A stretch of 64,000 nucleotides of DNA from an uncultured bacterium (GCA_946407375.1 CAMJNS010000003.1:15170-79169); one strand, 5' to 3'; positions 8,433 to 18,023 are shown, counted from the stretch's first letter. The notes: generated by a model not told the origin, from the letters alone. Numbers and translations: made by a program.

Positions 8433-9056
8433 ATGACTATATCTGAAGAAGAAAAAAATAATTATAACTTTTCCAAAATACTTATAAACCTTATGAAAGG
8501 TATTGTTTATAGAGAAGATGATGTAAATATTTGGAATTATTTAGAAGATAATGAATCTCAAGTTTCTGAACACTTTAAAATAATTGGTTTACGGCTAATT
8601 ATTGATAAATCAAGAGGTTACGCTTATTTAAAGCAAATCTTATTTAACCTGGAAGAGGAACAACTGCCCAGATTAATAAGGAAACAACCTCTAAGTAGAC
8701 AAGTATCAATATTAATTGTTGTTTTACGGCAAATTGTTATAGAAAAAGAAAACTCAGGTAGTGATGATAGAATCATTGTTTCTTTTGATGATATAGCAGA
8801 TAAATATAGAGCGTTTTATCCAAATAGCAATGATGATGAAAAAAAATTCTATAAAGATTTAAAATCATATTTAAAGAAGGTTATAGATTTAGATTTTATT
8901 AGAGAATTAAAAAGTGAAGAAGATAATTATGAAATAAAACCAATAATAGTATCATTTGTAGATATGGATTGGCTTAACAATTTCAAGGACAGGTTAACAG
9001 ATGAATTGAGAGAAAACAATATAGATATTGCTGATGAAAATGAGGATTTAGAATGA
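8433..9056 (+). CDS. jetB: Wadjet JetB (KITE-like subunit, DUF4194-type)
   Basis: 207 aa acidic protein. Starts 1 nt after the jetA stop and overlaps jetC by 4 bp. Size and position fit JetB. Confidence 0.7.
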   Translation: MTISEEEKNNYNFSKILINLMKGIVYREDDVNIWNYLEDNESQVSEHFKIIGLRLIIDKSRGYAYLKQILFNLEEEQLPRLIRKQPLSRQVSILIVVLRQIVIEKENSGSDDRIIVSFDDIADKYRAFYPNSNDDEKKFYKDLKSYLKKVIDLDFIRELKSEEDNYEIKPIIVSFVDMDWLNNFKDRLTDELRENNIDIADENEDLE

Positions 9057-12000
9057 ATTACGAACAAAGCTTTTTAGAATTTGCAACAGATAATTCAACA
9101 ACAGGTTTTAGACTAGATCGTTTAGAAATACTTAATTGGGGAACTTTCGACCAAAAAGTCTGGTCTCTTTATCCCTCAAGCAGAAATATTCTAGTTACTG
9201 GTGAAATTGGTTCAGGAAAATCAACAATAGCAGATGCAATTAGTACTTTGCTTGTTCCTCCACAGTGGTTGTCTTTTAATAAAGCCGCAGGAGCAGAAAG
9301 AAGAGAGAGAGATTTAAAGTCTTATGTTTTAGGTTTCTATAAAACAGAATCTGCTGATAGTGGTCTAATAGGTAAACCAGTAGCTTTACGTGATATAAAT
9401 TCATATTCTGTAATATTGGGAGTTTTTAAAAATTCAGGATACAATCAAGTTTATACGCTAGCACAAGTTTTTGTAGCCAAACCAGAAGGTGGGCAACCTG
9501 AAAGATTTTATTTTATTTCAAGTTCAGATTTATCAATTAAAAATGATTTTTCAGGCTTTGGAAATGAAATCAAAGCATTAAAATCAAGATTAAGAAAAAT
9601 ACCTGATTCAAAAATTTATGATACTTTTCTACAATACGCTAACGATTTTAAAAGATATTTTGGAATAGATAATAATCAGGCTTTGGGTTTATTTAATCAA
9701 ACAATTTCAATGAAGTCTGTTGGAAATCTTACGTCTTTTATTCGCGAAAATATGCTTCAAGAATATGAAACGAATGAAGAAGTAAATGCAATGATTCAGA
9801 ATTACGAACAGCTTTCAAAAGCTCATGACGAAATTCTTAAAGCCAATGATCAGATAGAAATCTTAAAGAAAATATCTAATATTGGTCAAGAATGTAGCAA
9901 ATTTGAAAAAGAAATAAATGATACTGAAAATAAATTAGATGCTTTACATTCTTATATGCTAGTAAACAAAGTTTCTTTTGTAGAAAAAGAAATTAATAGA
10001 TTAAATAATGAAAAAGAAAATGTTGATCAAGAATTAAATAAATTAAAAGAAGATGAAACAAACTATAATAGTCAAGTAACAGAAATAACTACTAATATAG
10101 TTTTAAATGGTGGCAATGAGATTACAGAAATAGAAAATAAAATAAAAACTCAAGAAAAAGAACTAAATAAACGCAAAAGAAATGAGGAAGAATATAAATC
10201 TATTTTAGCTATGACAGATTTAATATTCCCCATTGATATAGCAAGTTTTGAAAATAACAAACGTCAAATTGAAACAATAAGAAATTATACAAAATCAGAA
10301 TATTCTATAAAAAATGAAGAAAAATTTAGCAAAAAGCTTAATATTCAGGTATTAAAAAACAATAAAAAACAAATAGATGATGAAATAAATTCATTAAAAG
10401 GGCGTATAAACAATATTCCACTAGAACAAATAAAGATAAGAAGTTTAATTTGTACTAAAACAGGTTTGTTAGATGATGAATTACCATTTGTTGGAGAGCT
10501 TATTCAGGTAAAAGAAAGCGAAAAAGCATGGCAAGGAGCTATTGAGCGAGTCCTTCATGGTTTTGGGTTATCTCTATTAGTATCTGATTCTGTATATTCT
10601 AAAGTATCCAAAGCTGTTGATGAAACAAATCTTAAAGGTAAAATTGTTTATTTCAGAGTAAAAAACTTGGAAAACAGAATAAGTAACTATAATATTTCAC
10701 CAAATTCTATGGTTAGGAAAATAAAGGTAAAGCCAGATTGTTGGGCTTATGATTGGTTGCAAAATGAATTAGAAGAAAGATTTAATTATATATGTTGTGA
10801 AAACTTAGAATTATTCCAAAAAGAAAAATATGCAGTTACAATAAATGGTCAGGTTAAACATGGTGGAGTAAAGCATGAAAAAGACGATAGAAAAGCAATT
10901 AACGATATTTCTACTTATATTTTAGGCTGGAATAATAAAGAAAAAATATTAAATTTAAAAGCTGAATCTGATAAAATTCAAGAAGAAATAAATTCTTTAT
11001 TATCTGAAATAAAATTACTAGATAATAGATTAAAATTATTAGAACTTAAAGACAATAAATTGCATGAACATATAAAATATAGTAGCTATGAAAATATAGA
11101 CTGGAAAAGCATTGATTTAGAAATAAAAGAGTTACAAGAAAGATTAGAAGAGCTACATAAATCTTCTGACAAACTTAATAAGCTAAGAGAACAAAAAACA
11201 AAGCTAGAAGAAAAAATAAATGAGATAAAAGTTATAATTAATACAAAAACTAAGAAACAAGGCGGAATTGAAAATAAAATAAGCGAATTAAATAAAATAT
11301 TAAACAAATCTAGTGATGAAATAAATTCTAATAATGACTTCCCCAAGACAGAATATTTAGAAAGTTGTTTAAGTGAAATAATAAATGATATTAAAGAAAT
11401 ATCATCATTAGAAGAGTTTGATAGACAAGAAAGAATTTTAAACAAAAAATTTAATGATTTGAAATCAAATCTTCAAAAGGATTTTAGTGATAAAAAGAAT
11501 ATATTAGTCAAAGAAATGAGTGTATTTAAAAATAAATATGTCTTAGAATCAGCAGAACTGGGGCAAGAATATCAATATCTTTCTGATTACAATAAATTCC
11601 TTTTAAGGCTACAAAATGATGATTTGCCTAGATTTGAAACAAGATTTAAAGATTTACTGCATCAACAAACAATTCAAGGAATTGCTTCCTTTAATTCAAA
11701 GTTAAACAGAGATTCTGAAGAAATAAAAGATAGAATTAGAGCTATAAATGAGTCGTTAAAAGAAATTCAGTATAATGAAGGTCGTTATATAAGAATTGAA
11801 GTTATTTCTAATAATGACAAAGAAATAAATGATTATAAAAGCGATTTACGAAATTGCACAAACAATTCATTAAATTTTTCTGATGACGAATATTATAATG
11901 AACAAAGATTTGAAGCCGTTAAAGTAATTATAGACAGATTAAAAGGTCGAGAAGGCTTTATTGATGCAGATAAAAAATGGCGTTTAAAAGTTACTGACGT

Positions 12001-12433
12001 TAGAAATTGGTTTAATTTTGCTGCTTCTGAAAGATATAAGTCTGATGACAGTCAGGCAGAATATTACAATGATTCTACAGGAAAATCCGGAGGACAAAAA
12101 GAAAAGCTTGCATATACTATATTGGCGGCGGGATTAGCTTACCAATTTGGTTTAAGAAAAATAGGCGAAACCAAATCAAGAAGTTTTAGGTTTGTTGTAA
12201 TTGATGAAGCTTTTGGTCGTGGAAGTGAAGAATCAGCCCGCTTTGGATTAGAACTTTTCAAAAAACTGGATTTACAGATAATGGTTATAACACCTTTGCA
12301 AAAAATACACGTCATAGAGCCATATATAGACAATGTGGGTTTTGTGGCTATCAGCGACAACAGGTCTAGAATTCGTAATTTAAGTATAGAGCAATATAAA
12401 GAAGAATATAATGAAAGAACTACAAAACAGTAA
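9053..12433 (+). CDS. jetC: Wadjet JetC (SMC-like ATPase)
   Basis: 1126 aa. N-terminal Walker A GEIGSGKST, a very long K/E/N-rich coiled-coil middle, then C-terminal signature SGGQKEKLAYTILAAGL and Walker B FRFVVIDEAFGRGS. Confidence 0.9.
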   Translation: MNYEQSFLEFATDNSTTGFRLDRLEILNWGTFDQKVWSLYPSSRNILVTGEIGSGKSTIADAISTLLVPPQWLSFNKAAGAERRERDLKSYVLGFYKTESADSGLIGKPVALRDINSYSVILGVFKNSGYNQVYTLAQVFVAKPEGGQPERFYFISSSDLSIKNDFSGFGNEIKALKSRLRKIPDSKIYDTFLQYANDFKRYFGIDNNQALGLFNQTISMKSVGNLTSFIRENMLQEYETNEEVNAMIQNYEQLSKAHDEILKANDQIEILKKISNIGQECSKFEKEINDTENKLDALHSYMLVNKVSFVEKEINRLNNEKENVDQELNKLKEDETNYNSQVTEITTNIVLNGGNEITEIENKIKTQEKELNKRKRNEEEYKSILAMTDLIFPIDIASFENNKRQIETIRNYTKSEYSIKNEEKFSKKLNIQVLKNNKKQIDDEINSLKGRINNIPLEQIKIRSLICTKTGLLDDELPFVGELIQVKESEKAWQGAIERVLHGFGLSLLVSDSVYSKVSKAVDETNLKGKIVYFRVKNLENRISNYNISPNSMVRKIKVKPDCWAYDWLQNELEERFNYICCENLELFQKEKYAVTINGQVKHGGVKHEKDDRKAINDISTYILGWNNKEKILNLKAESDKIQEEINSLLSEIKLLDNRLKLLELKDNKLHEHIKYSSYENIDWKSIDLEIKELQERLEELHKSSDKLNKLREQKTKLEEKINEIKVIINTKTKKQGGIENKISELNKILNKSSDEINSNNDFPKTEYLESCLSEIINDIKEISSLEEFDRQERILNKKFNDLKSNLQKDFSDKKNILVKEMSVFKNKYVLESAELGQEYQYLSDYNKFLLRLQNDDLPRFETRFKDLLHQQTIQGIASFNSKLNRDSEEIKDRIRAINESLKEIQYNEGRYIRIEVISNNDKEINDYKSDLRNCTNNSLNFSDDEYYNEQRFEAVKVIIDRLKGREGFIDADKKWRLKVTDVRNWFNFAASERYKSDDSQAEYYNDSTGKSGGQKEKLAYTILAAGLAYQFGLRKIGETKSRSFRFVVIDEAFGRGSEESARFGLELFKKLDLQIMVITPLQKIHVIEPYIDNVGFVAISDNRSRIRNLSIEQYKEEYNERTTKQ

Positions 12434-13616
12434 AGACATAAAAGAAGAACTTAATAAAGTTTGGAATAAAGGCTTGATTTTGTGTCAAAAATTAAGCATT
12501 AACAAAGATCAAAGAGTCATAGAATTTCCTTATAAAATAAGACTTAGACAGCCTGCATCAAAAGATAGAGCTGATATTTCAAATTATAATACAATTAAAG
12601 ATTGGTGCAAGCACTGGAAAGATCAATATGATTTATTTGGCAAGCAAAAACTTAATATAAGCATTGAATATATGCCGATTAATGACAGAATTTTAGGGAA
12701 ACAGGAACTTCCTGCGTATATTGTGGTAAATGATATAAATAGCTTCATACATTATATAAAAAAAGAAAAAGAGATTAAACAATTTGAAGAAATAGTAACG
12801 GTTATTTTTGATGAATGTTCTAATCTCCTTAATTTAATGAATGATAAGCCTTTCGATTTTTTGAAATACGATTCAAAAGAATGGCACAAAATTATACAAG
12901 TATCTGTTTGGATAGCTAACAATCCAAATCCAAATATTTATTTAAGAGAATTGGAAATTCCTAATGTTGATACAAAATTTATAGAAAAGCATGATGGAAT
13001 TTTGAAAAAAGTAATAAATTTTCTTCTTAACAAAGATGAAAAAGATTTTGCTACGAATAATTTTGAAGTACGCTATGGATTCAAAAGAAAGCCTGTAACA
13101 GTTCATTTTCGTATTCTTGACAAAGATTTAGCTATAAATGGCTTAACGGATTTAGAAATCCCTATTGAGGATTTTGCTAGATTAAATATTTCTGTCAAAA
13201 AAGCATTTATAATAGAAAACAAGATTACAGGGTTGTCTTTCCCAAATGTAAAATCAGCAATAGTTATTTTTGGTCTTGGTTTTGGGCTAGATAGACTTAA
13301 AAAATGCGGTTGGCTGAATAATTTGGAATTATATTATTGGGGTGACTTAGATACAAACGGTTTTGTTATGCTAGACCAGTTCCGTTCTTATTTTCCAAAA
13401 GCCAAATCAATGCTAATGACTTCAGAAATTGTTAAAGAGCACAAAGATATGTGGGTTAAAGAGGAAAAACAATCTATTAGAGAGTTAACTCATTTAACAG
13501 CTGATGAAGCAAATACCTACAAAGAATTAAAAGAAAACAAACACACCAACAATTTACGCTTAGAACAAGAACGAATTAATTTTTCTTTTGTAAAAGAATT
13601 TTTAAATAGTCTATAA
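12411..13616 (+). CDS. jetD: Wadjet JetD (Toprim/topo-VI-like nuclease subunit)
   Basis: 401 aa and overlaps jetC by 23 bp. C-terminal YYWGDLDTNGFVMLDQFR is a Toprim DxD motif, as in JetD/MksG. Confidence 0.8.
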   Translation: MKELQNSKDIKEELNKVWNKGLILCQKLSINKDQRVIEFPYKIRLRQPASKDRADISNYNTIKDWCKHWKDQYDLFGKQKLNISIEYMPINDRILGKQELPAYIVVNDINSFIHYIKKEKEIKQFEEIVTVIFDECSNLLNLMNDKPFDFLKYDSKEWHKIIQVSVWIANNPNPNIYLRELEIPNVDTKFIEKHDGILKKVINFLLNKDEKDFATNNFEVRYGFKRKPVTVHFRILDKDLAINGLTDLEIPIEDFARLNISVKKAFIIENKITGLSFPNVKSAIVIFGLGFGLDRLKKCGWLNNLELYYWGDLDTNGFVMLDQFRSYFPKAKSMLMTSEIVKEHKDMWVKEEKQSIRELTHLTADEANTYKELKENKHTNNLRLEQERINFSFVKEFLNSL

Positions 13617-13709
13617 ATAATACTATTTTTTACGTTTGGTTTTAAAGGTGGATTAGTTATGGTTGATGAAATTTCTAATCGATCTTATTGTCTTTTCAAT
13701 TCTCAATTC

Positions 13710-15413
13710 TCATTTTACAACAGCTACTCGGCAGCGCTTTTTATAGCAGGCTATGACAAACTTTCTGACTACATAAGTATCTTCGTCATCGAAGATTTTG
13801 ATATATCGATTGTTTTCGATTTGCTTTATTCCCTCGTCAAGAGCTTCCTGGAATTTTTTGGGGCTTTCTGCGTATTTGAGTTCTATTATTATGCCAATAG
13901 TATAGCTTGGAGTGTAAAGAATAAGGTCAGGATAGCCGTAACCAGATTCTTTGTTTGATTCAACAATAAGTTTCTTGTTGTTTGGGGTTAATAAGCCTAG
14001 CAGAAGACCATGGTAGAAGTTTTCCTTGTAATCTTTCTTCGCCATACTGTCTCTGACACTGATAGACTGCTCCAGAATTTCAGTAAAAGCTTTTTCAACT
14101 TTTTCTGCATTTCCATCATATAAACCATCATAGAGTTCATTCATAAGAGGCTGTTTTTCTATGAAAGAATCTTTCATCCATTCCATAATCTGATCTTCAT
14201 AAAGAACTCTTATTTCTCTATTGGGAATTCTTAGACTGAAAGTGTCGTTGCTTTCTCGGTCGGTAAAGGTAAGATAGCCCGTAGAAAAAAGAACGCTCCA
14301 GATATTGTCTGTCTTTTTATACAAATCTCTGTAGGTAATTTCCTGCTTAATCTTTTTAGTGATTGTCTCGCCAGCAACCAGGCTTTCAATCTCTCTTTTG
14401 GTTGAGTTGTCAGCTTCTTTTAAGAATTTGATTATTATGTCGTTTCCGCTGGTATTTGCCCAGTAAGGTTTTGGAAAAACATTTATATCTGTATCTAGTT
14501 GGCTACAGAAAAGTATTACATCCCATGGGCAATAGACTTCTTTTTTCCCGAATCTATAACCATCATACCATTTTTTTGCATCGTCGAATCTAGAAGAAAC
14601 TTTGTAGTAATCGAACATTTCTCTAACTTCGTCTTCTGTGAAACCAAAAAATTCGGAAGCTTCATTATCTGCAATAGAAAATACGTTGAAATTATTTACT
14701 CCAGTAAAAATGCTTTCTTTGGCTATTCTCAGGCAACCAGTAAGCACAGCCATTTCTAAATATGGATTTGTTTTGAAAGTGTTATTGAACATTCCCCTTA
14801 TAAGAGAAATCATTTCGTTGAAATAACCATTGTTTTCCGCTTTATCTAAGGGAACATCATATTCGTCGATAATGAAAACTGTCTTTTTGCCGTAATGTTT
14901 GTATATTAGTTCAGAAAGAATTCTGAGGCTTTTGGTAATTAGATCATTTTGTTTTTCTTTATCGTATTTTTCTATATTTTTTATACTTTTAAAAGTATCT
15001 TTTTCTTCATCGTTTAATTTTTCACTATTAGATAAATCATTAAAAGAGCGAACAGCATCTAGAACCAGTCCCATTAGATGGAGTCTTGCGGATTCAAAAC
15101 TGTTTCCTTCAACGCCTTTTAAAGTCATAAAAATAGTAGGAAACTGGTTCTGCCATTCTTCACAAAGTGTTTTGTTCTCAGATATTTTCAAGCCATTGAA
15201 TAATTCTGGATTGCCACCCATTCTTAAAAATTCGTAAAGCATGGTCATGTTAAGAGTTTTGCCGAAACGTCTTGGGCGGGTGAATAGATTTACATCACCC
15301 TTTTTCTCTTTCAGATATTCTATTAACCCTGTTTTATCAATATAATAAGAATGGTCGTTTATTAGTTTTTCAAAAATATCTGTTCCTATTGGTAATGGCT
15401 TTTTATTGGACAT
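13710..15413 (-). CDS. AAA-ATPase-like protein with C-terminal PD-(D/E)XK nuclease domain (AAA-ATPase_like + PDDEXK_9 architecture)
   Basis: N-terminal PIGTDIFEKLI...YIDKTGLI...FTRPRRFGKTLNMTML is the family signature. The C-terminus has YPDLIL...IIIELKY, a D...ExK motif. Confidence 0.8.
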   Translation of the reverse strand: MSNKKPLPIGTDIFEKLINDHSYYIDKTGLIEYLKEKKGDVNLFTRPRRFGKTLNMTMLYEFLRMGGNPELFNGLKISENKTLCEEWQNQFPTIFMTLKGVEGNSFESARLHLMGLVLDAVRSFNDLSNSEKLNDEEKDTFKSIKNIEKYDKEKQNDLITKSLRILSELIYKHYGKKTVFIIDEYDVPLDKAENNGYFNEMISLIRGMFNNTFKTNPYLEMAVLTGCLRIAKESIFTGVNNFNVFSIADNEASEFFGFTEDEVREMFDYYKVSSRFDDAKKWYDGYRFGKKEVYCPWDVILFCSQLDTDINVFPKPYWANTSGNDIIIKFLKEADNSTKREIESLVAGETITKKIKQEITYRDLYKKTDNIWSVLFSTGYLTFTDRESNDTFSLRIPNREIRVLYEDQIMEWMKDSFIEKQPLMNELYDGLYDGNAEKVEKAFTEILEQSISVRDSMAKKDYKENFYHGLLLGLLTPNNKKLIVESNKESGYGYPDLILYTPSYTIGIIIELKYAESPKKFQEALDEGIKQIENNRYIKIFDDEDTYVVRKFVIACYKKRCRVAVVK

Positions 15414-15663
15414 ATCTATGTTCCTGCTTTTGTTTTATAGATTTATTCTAATAGGAAATCTTGTTTTTAGCAAGATGTTGAGAATTGAGAGATATGAGAC
15501 CATAACTTGAGATATAAGATTAAAGTAATTGTTGTTGTCAATTTTTTGAAGCTTACGCTTCTCTTGTTTTTGTTGTAGTAATTTATCGATTTATTTCAAA
15601 CTTTTGATTGCTTGAGAACTAAACAATCCTCTTATCTCTCTTCTCTAAAAAAAAATTTTTTAG

Positions 15664-15847
15664 CGTGGATTTTTAGTTTTTCGTTTTGTCTATATTTATG
15701 AAAGCGAACAAAGAACTTCGAAAGCGGTTCTATAAAGCATAAATAATAAATCTAAGAAATTAAATTCAGGAGTTAAAATGAGAAAAGTATTTTCAATGGC
15801 AGCACTAATGGTATTCATGAACGCAGCAATGGCTATGGCAGCTTCAG
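15664..15847 (+). repeat. 184-bp perfect direct repeat, copy 2
   Basis: Identical to 4232-4415. Confidence 0.95.
15667..15692 (+). promoter_or_regulatory. Candidate two-block promoter GGATT-N16-GTCTA (copy C)
   Basis: Lies inside the perfect repeat, at the same position relative to the ATG as copy A. Confidence 0.35.
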
Positions 15848-17664
15848 GTCTTGTCTCCTACAACAGACAGGATGTCACCTTTAAGTATGGCAAGACTCAG
15901 GAAAACGTGACCTGTATTCAGGATGCCAAGGATGAAAAGCAGTGGTACTACGTATCCAACAAGCCAAGACTTGCCGAAAGCAAGAATGGCGATCCTATGA
16001 TGATGCTGGTTTCCTACCAGAAGAATTCAAAAGCAGGTGTTAAGAATGACGGCGGTATCCTCCAGTGTGGTATCAACCTCTCTCTTCCTGCAGATGCAAT
16101 TCCAACTCTGAGAAAGGAACTTGCAAAGACAGTCGGTGTTTCTGACAGCAAAATCAAGCTTGCTCCACTTGATATGAAGAACGCCAAGCTTATGGTCTAT
16201 GCTCCCGGCGGAGATCTCATGGGTGACAAGCTTACAGCCCCAGAAATCGGTCCAAGCTTCGCCAACGAATGTCTTCCAATACAGATGAATCTCAACAATC
16301 TCGGTGTTCCTGTTATAGAAGCTTTGATCAAAGGTACAGGCGGATTACAGGTAGTATATGTATTTGACTATGACGCACTAACTCCTGAATATTCTGTAAA
16401 AGTCACAGCTAACTACGACAAGGCTTTTGAACACTTCAGCCACGATTCAAAAACCTCTGTATCCGCCAAGAAATGGTTTTTTGCTGGTGCCAGTTCAGAT
16501 GTAAGCGTTACCACTGTAAGAGAAAAACTCCAGCAGTCAGGAGCACTGAAGATTGAATCCATCGGCGGTGAAAAGCTTACTGATGAACAGATCGACAAAC
16601 TCACCCAGCCTGTTATTGAAAAACTGATGAACGGTATCTATGAAATCGAAACTCCTGAAAAGATAGACCCCGCAAAATCAGGCGATCCTAAGGAAGTTAA
16701 GACAGCCTGGATCAATGTAAGCACCAATATGGCATTCAAGAGTGTAAAGACTCGTAAGACCGGTGAATTTGTATACGACTTCAGAAAACGCTACATCGAA
16801 ACCAGAAAGACAACTGTCGGCGGAATTATGAGTCTTGCCGGTTACACTCAGGCTCAGAGAGATGCTGCTGTTCAGACTGTTGATCCAACCTACTGGAAGA
16901 ATGCTTTCTACAGTCTGCCAACTATCAGTAAGTCCTTGAACGGTATTGATGAAATGACTGTAACTGTAAACTTCCTCTACAAGGGCAAACAGGCAGAAGG
17001 AACCGAACAGCAGCTTGCCAAATGGACCAAGAAGGAAGGCTGGGTTGACGCTAAGAAGGAAGAATGCGTAGGTCTTGAATTCCCACTCAAATACTTCTAT
17101 GACAAGTATGCAAAGAACAACAGCAGATTCGCAGACGACATCTCCTATCAGCAGAATTTCGAAGTAACCTATATGGAAGGCAACAATACCAAGGTTAAGA
17201 AGTTCTCTACTACAGTTCCTGCTTTCACAGGCGAAATCCCGATAAGCACTCCGATGGTCGGCGTAACCTACATCGAACTCAATGCTGATGAAGAAGACAT
17301 CACCTGGGACAAGGCAGATTACGAAGGCGGAGAATTCGACGGTTTGAAATCCAATCTTACCAAGATCGGTGTTAAGATGGAATCCAAGAACCCCGGCAAC
17401 AAAGGCACTGCAACTTTGACAAGCAAGAACACCTCAGCAGGTTTCTGGTTCGACAATCTCTTCGACAAGAAGACCGGCACCTACTCAGTTCCACAGGTTT
17501 CTGCAACATATACATTCTATAATACCAAATTAGCAAAAGCTATGGGTACTAAAGACAATAAAACTATAGTTGTAGAAAGTGACGATGCATTGAGCGAAAG
17601 CACAAGCATAACCTTTATGAATGACAGTTATATGCCAGTTGAAAAACCAGCATCCTACAAGTAA
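15778..17664 (+). CDS. Secreted 628-aa protein of unknown function, predicted highly expressed
   Basis: Signal peptide identical to peptide A. Mature N-terminus SGLVSYNRQDVT is homologous to peptides A and B. Codon usage is strongly C-ending (tac, aac, aag, atc, ttc, ctc) like tuf and unlike its neighbours. A strong terminator follows. Confidence 0.85.
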   Translation: MRKVFSMAALMVFMNAAMAMAASGLVSYNRQDVTFKYGKTQENVTCIQDAKDEKQWYYVSNKPRLAESKNGDPMMMLVSYQKNSKAGVKNDGGILQCGINLSLPADAIPTLRKELAKTVGVSDSKIKLAPLDMKNAKLMVYAPGGDLMGDKLTAPEIGPSFANECLPIQMNLNNLGVPVIEALIKGTGGLQVVYVFDYDALTPEYSVKVTANYDKAFEHFSHDSKTSVSAKKWFFAGASSDVSVTTVREKLQQSGALKIESIGGEKLTDEQIDKLTQPVIEKLMNGIYEIETPEKIDPAKSGDPKEVKTAWINVSTNMAFKSVKTRKTGEFVYDFRKRYIETRKTTVGGIMSLAGYTQAQRDAAVQTVDPTYWKNAFYSLPTISKSLNGIDEMTVTVNFLYKGKQAEGTEQQLAKWTKKEGWVDAKKEECVGLEFPLKYFYDKYAKNNSRFADDISYQQNFEVTYMEGNNTKVKKFSTTVPAFTGEIPISTPMVGVTYIELNADEEDITWDKADYEGGEFDGLKSNLTKIGVKMESKNPGNKGTATLTSKNTSAGFWFDNLFDKKTGTYSVPQVSATYTFYNTKLAKAMGTKDNKTIVVESDDALSESTSITFMNDSYMPVEKPASYK

Positions 17665-17673
17665 GGAGGAAAA

Positions 17674-17714
17674 TCAGGAAGCCTCTCGGCGCAAGCCGGG
17701 AGGCTTTCTGGTTT
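17674..17714 (+). terminator. Strong intrinsic terminator
   Basis: caggaagcctctcggc-gcaa-gccgggaggctttctgg gives a ~16-bp GC-rich stem with GCAA loop, followed by tttt. Confidence 0.75.
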
Positions 17715-18023
17715 TAGGTATTGATGGTATAACTCACATTAACATTGAAGATTTTCTTTTGCATAAAAAAGATCTATTTCTGTCTTAAGAGTTTAGCTAG
17801 ATAGGCTATTCTAAAGCCTCTTCTTAGTGGTATTACAGCAATACATCCATCCAGAAAATATTAAATTAAAAATAACTCAATCAAATTTATAGATAAAGCA
17901 AGACTAAGGGGCTGCAATGCGGTTAGCGTTTTGTATATTGAGAAATCGGCTTTAACAATCTTAATAATTATTAAATTGCGCGAATGTTCGGTTGTGTTAT
18001 AATAAAAAATCAGGAGTAGAATT

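Noticed and set aside
11086-11445. 119-aa antisense ORF within jetC, plus similar antisense ORFs in acrB and other long genes
   Set aside because: The antisense strand of K/E/N-rich coiled-coil coding DNA gives an F/S/L-rich ORF. This is typical AT-rich antisense noise.
13659-13958. 99-aa plus-strand ORF after jetD
   Set aside because: It overlaps the 3' end of the well-supported minus-strand AAA/PD-(D/E)XK gene. It has no RBS and a hydrophobic, nonsense-like sequence.
4030-18023. Classification of the accessory segment as an integrative mobile element or prophage remnant
   Set aside because: No integrase, recombinase, transposase, tRNA attachment site or phage structural gene is present. 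Only the direct repeats suggest mobility, so it is reported as a repeat-bracketed island rather than annotated as a mobile element.
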